The position numbers and the translations under genes are program-made. 64,000 bases of DNA from Eledone cirrhosa (taxonomy: Eukaryota). The notes under the pieces are model-generated. The model made no database searches, was not told where the DNA came from, and saw nothing but the letters and a program-made list of their open reading frames with translations. The stretch covers positions 32,612,001 to 32,676,000 of the forward strand of contig OZ024743.1 in the NCBI GenBank assembly GCA_964016885.1, given 5' to 3'. Positions 40,317-53,294 of this stretch are shown here, one piece after another; within the stretch, counting starts at the first letter, position 1, and every line of letters starts with the position of its first letter.

Positions 40317-40442
40317 TATGTAGTATATATATATATATATATATATATACATACATATATTTAAAAGTTAAACAACCGTGGATTTTGCTGTGGAGAAATG
40401 CGTAGAAATGATCAGCGAGAGCAAGGTTGAGTTCCGTGGGAT

Positions 40443-41115
40443 TGATAATAAAGAATCATCTGTACTCTACCAACATGCTAAGATAGAACACAAGGGTAAA
40501 TTAGAGAACATAGAAATAAAAATAGAATCTACACACAGAAAAGATGCAATGTTTAGACAAATTACAGAGGCAATAAACATAAAAGAATTACAACCAAAAT
40601 TAAATAGAAAATATGAGTGGAACAGCAACATCACAACTTACAATTAAGGACAAAATGAAAACACACACACACATAGAACAAACAACCAACCAACAATAAA
40701 TAAATAAACAAATAGATAAATGAACACAAACACACACAGACATGCGGATGTTGCGCATGCGCAAACTGAGCACACAACATGCACACAGAAACAAAATGGC
40801 GTAGGACAGAAGAAAGGAAAGGCACAGAAACAAAGAAAGGAATCCCCAGTCACTGAAGAGGTCACAGACAGTGTGACGAAAGGACTATGACTATATATAA
40901 ACAACTATCTGGTTGTGGAACCAACCAACCAACCAGAAATTTATAAATTTGTAGATTTGTAAATTTATAAATTTATAAATATATAATAAATTGAAGTGAA
41001 AGCACTGGTGCGTGTGTTTCTTATTGGCAACATGGCCCTCCCAAAGTATAACAATATCGGTTTCAACACACGATTTCAGATAAAGAATCTCGCTAAGCAA
41101 ATTCAGAAACGAAAT
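40443..41115 (+). mobile_element. PLE1-family 3' fragment with a hammerhead at 40848-40892
   Basis: Homologous to 28452-29049 and extends to TCAGAAACGAAAT. The motif reads AGTCA-CTGAAGA...GAAA-GGAC-TA-TGACT. Confidence 0.88.
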
Positions 41116-41121
41116 ATTATA

Positions 41122-41164
<43 letters not shown>

Positions 41165-41204
41165 ATATATATATACATAATAGATATATATATATATATC
41201 TATT

Positions 41205-42198
41205 ATCATCATCATCATCAACGTTTAACGTCCGTGTTCCACGCTTGCATGGGTTTGGACGGGGGTATTCCCACTTGAGGCAAGAGTGATTGTCTTGCTC
41301 ACATAGGACTGTCTGGCAGGTTTTCTACAGTTGGATGCCCTTCCTAACACCAACCACATTTACAGTGTGGGTCTGGGAGGTTTTTACCGTGTTGCCTACA
41401 CGGCCACATTACAGCGTGGACTGTGTGTTTTTTTGTCGTGATACCTACACGATCTCATTTGTTTCGGCCTGGATGGTGTGGCACCAACATAACTTTACAT
41501 AGGAGGGGGTGGTGTGGATGTGGGGGGAGGGGGGTATTTTGTTAGAGATGCCTACTGGCTGTAGTAGGTTTTACTATGTATTTAGGTAAGGCGGGTCTTC
41601 TCTATTACTGAGTACCGCCAAAGGTCTCAGTCCAGTGACATTGTCTTGGAGAGGTGTAAGTGTGTGAGGTCGGAGTTTATCAGCTCGTCCCAGGTTTTTC
41701 TAGGTCTGCCTATTCCGTGGCTACCGTCTATCTTTATTGCCCTGCACTTTGTTATACAGCTATCGACTTTCATGCGCATCACGTGTCCATACCAACGTAG
41801 CCTTCTCTCGAGTAAACAACATCTGATCCCTCTTATTTCTAATTTTTTCCTTAGTTCGTTTATGCTTTGCCGTTCACGTATATTACTATTACACATCCAG
41901 CGGAGCATGCAAGCTTCGTTCCTCTCTAGTCTGCGTATATCCTCTGCACACAATGCCCAGGTCTCACTGCCATGCAACATTGCTGTTCGTATGCAGGCAT
42001 CATACAACCTGCCTTTCATTTTTAGGGAGAACACTTTAGCGGCTAATAGTGGTATAAGCTCTCTGAACTTTTTCCATCCAGTTCTGACTCTAGCTACTGT
42101 ACTTTCAGAGCACCCTCCCCCACTGCTGATTTTGTCACCCAGGTAACGGAAGCTGTCCACTATTTCTATAGAGCCCTCAGCGCAGTTGTAAGAGCTAT
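41205..42198 (-). mobile_element. 5'-truncated RTE LINE (family A)
   Basis: ORF 41627-42160 is almost identical to the C-terminus of the 50040-53294 ORF. The 3'UTR and (GAT)n tail are present. Confidence 0.93.
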
Positions 42199-45880
<3,682 letters not shown>

Positions 45881-46910
45881 CATAAATCATGTCTTTAGAA
45901 TTATTAGCATAATTAACCATATAAAAAATCAATTAGACCAAGCTATAAAAAGAAAGGCTCTTATGAAGAAATCTTTGACAAATAACCGAAAGTGGCCTCT
46001 TCGCGGTGGCCCCAATATAGTATATTTATCCAACATTTTGACAGCATGTAGAAACTGACTAAATATATCATCAACCATACACAATTAGGTGTAAAATTAA
46101 ACTTAGAAGAGATGTGTACATACCGTAATTATATCTCTACCATGGTTTCATCCGTATTTTTAGACATCCAATTAATAGGAATGTCCTGAGTTAGGATTCA
46201 TCAGGAGACAAACTCAAAATCAGACATCTAGTTTTTCAAACTGAGCCCGCCAAAATTAGATTCAAAAATGGCTAAGAATCGCTATGTGGCTGTGGTCAAG
46301 TTAGAAAGAATGTGATTGGCTGCTTACGGCGGGTAGGCTTGTTGCTAGAAAGCGCAGCCAAATATCGCCAAATTTAATCTCAACCTAACGGGAGATTATT
46401 AAATATAAAGGTTTACATATACATATATAAAGTTATAGATATATATGTTGCAACCGGTCACTTTTAAGCTCTATGAAGAATTAATAAATTAAATAATCAG
46501 AGCAATATATCATAAATCATATCTTTAGAATTATTAGATAAAATATATACCGTTTCTTCTTCCAATTAGCATAATTAACCATATAAAAAATCAATTAGAC
46601 CAAGCTATAAAAGGAAAGGCTCTTATGAAGAAATCTTCGACAAATAACCGAATGTGGCCTCTTCGCGGTGGCCCCAATATAGTATATTTATCCAACATTT
46701 CGACAGCATGTAGAAACTGACTAAATATATCATCAACCATACACAATTAGGTGTAAAATTAAACTTAGAAGAAATGTGTACATACGGTAATTATATCTCT
46801 ACCATGGTTTCATCCGTATTTTTAGACATCCAATTAATAGGAATGTCCTGAGTTAGGAGACAAACTCAAAATCAGACATCTAGTTTTTCAACCTGAGCCC
46901 GCCAAAATTA
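45881..46910 (-). repeat. Direct repeat of about 380-400 bp (45881-46258 and 46511-46910), probably tandem PLE pseudo-LTRs
   Basis: Two near-identical copies carrying a minus-strand hammerhead. On the minus strand they are preceded by a TG/TA-rich tract (46910-47510) resembling the other PLE 3'UTRs. Confidence 0.7.
46133..46209 (-). ncRNA. Type I hammerhead ribozyme motif
   Basis: GTCTC-CTGATGA-ATCC...GGAT-GAAA-CCATGG-TA-GAGAT, with a palindromic stem III and a GUA site. Confidence 0.78.
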
Positions 46911-47332
46911 TACATAGCCATACACACATACATATACATACATACATACATACACACAATCATACCTATATACACACGTACATACATACATATACATAAA
47001 TGCATACATATGCATGTACAAAATTAGAAAAATATACACACACCTCTACATATTCACACACGCAAATAAATATAAGAAAAAATATATATAAAATAAAATA
47101 ATAAAAACTATTATACAGTTGACAGCGATACAAACAACAAATAAATGAACAAACACGCGTGGTAAGCAATACACACAAATGCACGTACACATACATACGT
47201 AAAAATAAATACATACACACACTCTCACACATAAATATACATATACAAATACATAAACACATACATACGCATACACACATACATACACAAACACACGCAC
47301 ACACATATACATATACACACACACATATACAT

Positions 47333-47395
<63 letters not shown>

Positions 47396-47501
47396 CACAT
47401 ACACATATACACACATATATATATACACACATACATACATAGCTATACAATTATACACATACAAATACGTACATATCACAAACACGCACAACCAAATACA
47501 A

Positions 47502-47553
<52 letters not shown>

Positions 47554-47652
47554 AAAACTCAATCTTAGATAATTCATATGAACCTTATATAACTCCAAAA
47601 TATACATATACATATATATAGTAATGTAATAAACAACATATGGCAATTATTC

Positions 47653-47706
47653 CATTCACCAGTGGTTTCTTAAAAGCAAAAAATGTTTCCTTCAATCATC
47701 AGAATG
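47653..47706 (-). ncRNA. Hammerhead motif with a non-cleavable triplet, in a PLE-like 3' module (about 47535-47990)
   Basis: CATT-CTGATGA-TTGAAG..CTTTTAA-GAAA-CCA-c-TGG-TG-AATG. The triplet is GUG rather than NUH. Confidence 0.55.
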
Positions 47707-48004
47707 AAAAAAAAACCTGGTCTATCCATATATATATATATATACACACATATATATATATATATACACATACACATACATATAGTTACATTTTGGTATG
47801 TGAAGGGTAAGGCAAAAAAAATGTATGGGGGGGGGGGGAAGGAGGGGGGAAAAATGACATAGGAAAAGGTGAAAATTAAGGGGAGATAAGGGAGAAAAAG
47901 AATACAAGAGTACAGAACGTTGATTCAGCAGGTAAAACAACCATAGTAGAAGTAAAGAGCAGGAAAGGAGTTCAAGGCGGTTGAGTTATATATATATATA
48001 TATC

Positions 48005-48306
48005 TTCATCATCATTTCATCATTTCATTTTACGTCCGCTTGTTCCCTGCTTCCAAGAGTGGGACGAGAACTGATTCTGGCTTGATTTCTACAGCTGGAT
48101 GCCCTTCCTTACACCAACCTCATTTACAGTGAGTGTTGGGTGCTTTTTTGCCATGGCACCTCCACGACCACTTTACAGTGGAATGATAGGGACCCCAGTC
48201 CCTATCATCTCATTTCTACAGCTGAGTAAACTGGAGCAATGTGAAATAAAGTGTCTTGCTCAAGGAAACAACACATCACCTGGTCTGAGAATTGAACTCA
48301 CAACCT
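48005..48306 (-). mobile_element. CORE-like SINE with RTE tail, 5'-truncated
   Basis: Near-identical to 898-1190. Confidence 0.82.
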
Positions 48307-48316
48307 TTATATATAT

Positions 48317-48680
48317 GGAGCCACATGGGCTTGCAGTTGAAAGGTTGTGAGTTCAATTCTCGGACCGGGTGATGTGTTGTTTCCTTGAGCAAGACACTTT
48401 ATTTCACATTGCTCCAGTTTACTCAGCTGTAGAAATGAGATGATAGGACTGGAATCCCTATCATTCCACTGTAAAGTGGTTGTGGAGGTGCCACGGCAAA
48501 AAAGCACCCAGCCGGCACTGTAAAGTGGACGTGTAGGCGCCATGGAAAAAAAAGCACCCAGCACTCACTGTAAATGGGGTTGGTGTTAGGAAAGGCATCC
48601 AGCTGTAGAAATCAAGCCAGAATCCGTTACCGTCCCACCCTTGCAAGCAGGGAAAAGCGGACGTAAAATGATGATGATGA
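48317..48680 (+). mobile_element. CORE-like SINE with RTE tail, near full length
   Basis: tRNA-like head with GAGTTCAATTCTC, CORE-like block, a body shared with RTE 3'UTRs, and a (TGA)n tail. Confidence 0.82.
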
Positions 48681-48691
48681 TATATACTCAT

Positions 48692-48793
48692 TTTATTAAG
48701 ATAACAGATTAAAGTTTAAGCAAAGAATCGTTGCTTTCACCCTTAATGGGATCTTCTGATTCTTTGCTTAAACTTTAATGTTATTTTAATAAA
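48692..48793. repeat. Long inverted repeat (22-bp perfect core, about 37 bp overall) around a 28-nt spacer
   Basis: ATTAAAGTTTAAGCAAAGAATC (48708-48729) pairs with GATTCTTTGCTTAAACTTTAAT (48758-48779). Confidence 0.85.
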
Positions 48794-48898
48794 TGTATGC
48801 TCTATGGTTCTTATATATTTTATATATATTGATCCTTATCGAGCCCTCTTTGGATTTTAGTCTTCACATTTATTATTATATGTATATATACCTTTTTT

Positions 48899-48940
<42 letters not shown>

Positions 48941-48944
<4 letters not shown>

Positions 48945-49807
48945 TGCTGCTTCAACTACCCCTACTACGGTGTAACCATGTAATCGTAACGTTCACGTTT
49001 TTCCTATCTCCTCCACACACCACAATTTCGTACAAACATCCAATCCCGCAAAATCCGAAATCTGTATTTTTTGTTATTTATTAAGGTTTAAATACGGTGT
49101 TTTTGTCGTATTGAACAGAACAAATCTTGCAGTTTTGCTTTTTGTTACTCGCTGGTAAACATTCATAACCTTCCAGCTAGCTAATTCTATCGTATTCTCC
49201 AATTCCTTAATTCCATCGTATTCCCAAACAAAAAAACAAAATCCTTCCCATTCTTAATTCTATCGTATCCTCCAATTCCCTAATTCTATCGTATTCTCAA
49301 ACAAAAAAACAAAAAACAACAAAATCCTTTCCATTCTACTTCTTATAATTTACTTTAAATATATATATCATGCTACCTCGAAAGTCAAAAATCCCGCTCA
49401 TACACCCTTCACCCACCATTTTCTTCACGAGGGGTTGCGGTCAGCCACTCTCTCTCTCTCTCTCTCCCCCTTCCCACCCTCTCTCTCTCTCTCTTAGCTA
49501 CACACACACACACACATATATATATAAGATAAATTCCCGTTCATGTTTATTCACTTTCGCCAAACAATTGCTGCTTCAACTACCCCTACTACGGTGTAAC
49601 CATGTAATCGTAACGTTCACGTTTTTCCTATCTCCTCCACACACCACAATTTCGTACAAACATCCAATCCCGCAAAATCCGAAATCTGTATTTTTTGTTA
49701 TTTATTAAGGTTTAAATACGGTGTTTTTGTCGTATTGAACAGAACAAATCTTGCAGTTTTGCTTTTTGTTACTCGCTGGTAAACATTCATAACCTTCCAG
49801 CTAGCTA
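48941..49807 (+). repeat. 243-bp direct repeat (48941-49183 and 49565-49807) in the putative RTE 5'UTR
   Basis: The two copies look identical by eye. Smaller duplications lie at 49184-49340 and 49880-49997. Confidence 0.9.
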
Positions 49808-50039
49808 CCCCACACCCCTCCCACCCGCCCCCACACACCTCCCACCCGCCCCCACACACCACCATTCTTAATACGTGGACCAATCATAAGCCAGAGACCC
49901 CCCCCCCACACGCATCACCATTATTACTATAAGCCAGAGACCCCCCCCCACACGCATCACCATTATTATTATTACGCGGACCAATCATAAGCCAGAGGCC
50001 TATACTATCGCTTGCACGGTTGCCTTCGATATATGATGG

Positions 50040-53000
50040 ATGGATGGATGGACGGACTGCGGAATCCTGGAGAGTGGAGGGGAGAGAAAAATCTGGACGC
50101 TCAGAGCGAAAATGCCAATGCTAAAGTCAAATTCACCTCGTGGACGAGAATGCGAGCACTCTTCTTTGTTTCGCCCGCGGATGGCTAACATAACCCCATC
50201 TCCCCCCGCCCCACACCACCCCCACCCTCCAAACGCGATCCAAAACTTCAGAGTTGGTACCGTAAATGTAGGCACCCTAAAGGGGCGCGCTAACGAGGTT
50301 GTAGAAATGCTTGAACGTAAGGAGGTCGATGTTTGTTGTATTCAAGAGACCAGGTGGAGGGGTGGGTCTGCTAGATTCATTGAGGGTAAAAAACGATGTT
50401 ATAAGCTTTTCTGGGTGGGAAACGACGATGGGCTGGGTGGAGTAGGAATCATGGTAGCAGAAAAGTGGGCGGATAAGATAATAGACGTAAATAGAGTGAA
50501 CGACAGAATAATTAAAATACGACTTGTCCTCAATAGAACTACGGTGACAGTAATATCTGCGTATGCACCCCAATCCGGACTGCCCGGCACTATAAAAGAC
50601 AGATTCTATGAGACACTGATGCTCACTACCTCCCAAATATCTGACAGTGACTATATAATTATTGCAGGCGACCTAAATGGTCACGTTGGGCAACATTGTG
50701 ACGGCTACGACGAAATCCATGGAGGCTATGGGTTTGGTACTAGAAATGAGGAAGGCTCCAGAATCCTGGAATTCTGTGATGCAAATAACCTAACTATCTG
50801 TAACACTAACTTCAAAAAACGTGACAATCACCTGATCACCTATAGATCCGGGGAACACACAAGCCAGGTAGATTATATCCTTACCAGAAGACGTGACAGA
50901 GTGTCTGTTGTAAACACTAAATCCCTCCCCCATGAAGAATGCACCTCCCAACATAGACTGATAATTAGCGACCTCATAGTCAGGTCGAGACGTACTCGAC
51001 AGCAGAAGAGGACTATCCTCAGGAGAAAAATATGGAAGCTAAAGGACCCCACAGCCAAAAATAAATTTCAAAACATATTACTTGATGCTTTCGACAGTAA
51101 GGAAGAACACTTAGAGTCGGACAATATAGAGGGACAGTGGGAATTTCTGAAAGCAAACCTGCTGTTGGCCACAGACGAAGTCTGTGGCTGGAGCAGGCCT
51201 GTAGGCAGGAGGAGAGTAACATGGTGGTGGAACAGTAAGGTGGAGGAGTCAATTAAGGCCAAAAAGCAGGCTTGGAAAGTATGGCGGGATGGGGGAAGTA
51301 GAGTAGACTATCAAGTGGCCAGGAGGGAAGCTAGGAGAGAAGTGTACTTAGCAAGAAGGGAAGCTGAGGAAAGAAAGTTCAAGCATGTCCTACAACGCGA
51401 TGACCAAAACCGTGAGGTGTTCAGGATTGCTAGGCAATGCGTCAAGGAAAACCGTGATATTGTCGGGGAGAAGTGTGTACTTAACGATGATGGCATACTT
51501 GCCATCACCGACACTGATAAGAAGGCAGCTTGGAAGTGTCACTATGAAAGGCTACTAAATGAGGAGAATAAATGGGAGAAAGACAGTCTCCCCCATGTCG
51601 ACCCAATAGAGGGACCAGCAGTGTTAGTCGAGGGGAGTATAATAAGTAAGGCAATCAAGGATATGAAGACAGGTAAGGCGGCTGGGCCTTCGGAAATAGT
51701 TGCTGAGATGCTGAAGGCATCTGGCACGGTGGGACACACCATGGTCACCCGCATAGTTAACCAAGTCGTACAGAATGGGGTTGTTCCGAAGGACTGGCAT
51801 AGCAGCATCATCGTTAACTGTTATAAGGGTAAAGGAGACGCCCTAGATAGGAGTAACTATAGAGGCATTAAATTAATCGACCAGGTCATGAAGGTCACAG
51901 AAAAAGTAATAGCGCAACTAATCAGAGAGAGAATTGACCTAGATGAAATGCAGTTCGGGTTTGTGTCAGGCAAAAGTACCACAGACGCTCTTTTCATAGT
52001 ACGACAACTACAGGAGAAGTACCTAGCTAAAGGTAAACCCCTCTACTTAGCTTTTGTCGACTTGGAGAAAGCCTTCGACAGAGTCCCCCGCTCCATTATC
52101 TGGTGGGCTCTTAGAAAACTAGGCGTTGACGAATGGCTTGTGAGGGCTATACAAGCCATGTATAAAGAAACAGTCAGCAAGGTTAGAATTAACAACGAAT
52201 ATAGTGAAGAGTTTAGCGTAAAAGTTGGCGTCCATCAGGGCTCTGTTCTCAGCCCCCTACTATTTATTATTGCCCTTCAGGCTATAACAGAGGAGTTCAA
52301 GACAGGCTGCCCATGGGAACTCCTATACGCAGACGACCTGACACTCATAGCGGAATCAATGGCCGAGCTAGAGAAGAAATTCCAAACATGGAAGCACGGC
52401 CTAGAGTCAAAAGGACTTAAAATTAACCTGGCTAAGACCAAAGTTCTAGTTTGTAGGAAAGAAAACAAGGCGGCGGTCCCTTCTGGGAAATGGTCGTGCT
52501 CGGTGTGTAGGAAAGGCGTAGGTAGAAACTCCATTTTGTGTCCTAAATGCAAAGTATGGGTGCATAAAAGATGTAGTGGGATCACAGGTAAGCTAACTAA
52601 GAACATAGATTTTACATGTGGCCGGTGTTCTGGTGCAATAAGTAGCAGCAAGTGCCCACACAATACTAGCTCTTTCAATTGCGCAGAGGGTTCTATAGAA
52701 ATAGTGGACAGCTTCCGTTACCTGGGCGATAAAATCAGCAGTGGGGGAGGGTGCTCTGAAAGTACTGTAGCTAGAGTCAGAACTGGTTGGAAAAAGTTCA
52801 GAGAGCTTATACCACTATTAGCTGCTAAAGGGTTCTCCCTAAAAATGAAAGGCAGGTTGTACAATGCCTGCATACGAACAGCAATGTTGCATGGCAGTGA
52901 GACCTGGGCATTGTGTGCAGAGGATATACGCAGACTAGAGAGGAACGAAGCTTGCATGCTCCGCTGGATGTGTAACAGTAATATACGTGAACGGCAAAGC

Positions 53001-53294
53001 ATAAACGAACTAAGGAAAAAATTAGAGATAAGAGGGATCAGATGTTGTTTACTCGAGAGAAGGCTACGTTGGTATGGACACGTGATGCGCATGAAAGTCG
53101 ATAGCTGTATAACAAAGTGCAGGGCAATAAAGATAGACGGTAGCCACGGAATAGGCAGACCTAGAAAAACCTGGGACGAGCTGATAAACTCCGACCTCAC
53201 ACACTTACACCTCTCCAAGACAATGTCACTGGACCGAGACCTTTGGCGGTACTCAGTAACAGAGAAGACCCGCCTTGCCAGTAGGCATCTCTAA
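50040..53294 (+). CDS. RTE LINE polyprotein: APE endonuclease, reverse transcriptase and PHD-like zinc finger
   Basis: Uninterrupted 1084-aa ORF. APE motifs: GTVNVGT, IQETR, SAYAP, GDLNGH, VDYIL, SQH. RT motifs: NYRGI, QFGF, FVDLEKAFD, HQGSVLSPLLF, YADD, FRYLG. C-terminal LHGSETW, RLRWYGHV, GRPRKTW. The true start codon may be downstream (e.g. 50181). Confidence 0.95.
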   Translation: MDGWTDCGILESGGERKIWTLRAKMPMLKSNSPRGRECEHSSLFRPRMANITPSPPAPHHPHPPNAIQNFRVGTVNVGTLKGRANEVVEMLERKEVDVCCIQETRWRGGSARFIEGKKRCYKLFWVGNDDGLGGVGIMVAEKWADKIIDVNRVNDRIIKIRLVLNRTTVTVISAYAPQSGLPGTIKDRFYETLMLTTSQISDSDYIIIAGDLNGHVGQHCDGYDEIHGGYGFGTRNEEGSRILEFCDANNLTICNTNFKKRDNHLITYRSGEHTSQVDYILTRRRDRVSVVNTKSLPHEECTSQHRLIISDLIVRSRRTRQQKRTILRRKIWKLKDPTAKNKFQNILLDAFDSKEEHLESDNIEGQWEFLKANLLLATDEVCGWSRPVGRRRVTWWWNSKVEESIKAKKQAWKVWRDGGSRVDYQVARREARREVYLARREAEERKFKHVLQRDDQNREVFRIARQCVKENRDIVGEKCVLNDDGILAITDTDKKAAWKCHYERLLNEENKWEKDSLPHVDPIEGPAVLVEGSIISKAIKDMKTGKAAGPSEIVAEMLKASGTVGHTMVTRIVNQVVQNGVVPKDWHSSIIVNCYKGKGDALDRSNYRGIKLIDQVMKVTEKVIAQLIRERIDLDEMQFGFVSGKSTTDALFIVRQLQEKYLAKGKPLYLAFVDLEKAFDRVPRSIIWWALRKLGVDEWLVRAIQAMYKETVSKVRINNEYSEEFSVKVGVHQGSVLSPLLFIIALQAITEEFKTGCPWELLYADDLTLIAESMAELEKKFQTWKHGLESKGLKINLAKTKVLVCRKENKAAVPSGKWSCSVCRKGVGRNSILCPKCKVWVHKRCSGITGKLTKNIDFTCGRCSGAISSSKCPHNTSSFNCAEGSIEIVDSFRYLGDKISSGGGCSESTVARVRTGWKKFRELIPLLAAKGFSLKMKGRLYNACIRTAMLHGSETWALCAEDIRRLERNEACMLRWMCNSNIRERQSINELRKKLEIRGIRCCLLERRLRWYGHVMRMKVDSCITKCRAIKIDGSHGIGRPRKTWDELINSDLTHLHLSKTMSLDRDLWRYSVTEKTRLASRHL

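Noticed and set aside
50277-53218. Antisense ORFs over the RTE and PLE coding regions
   Set aside because: They are shadow frames of the real ORFs.
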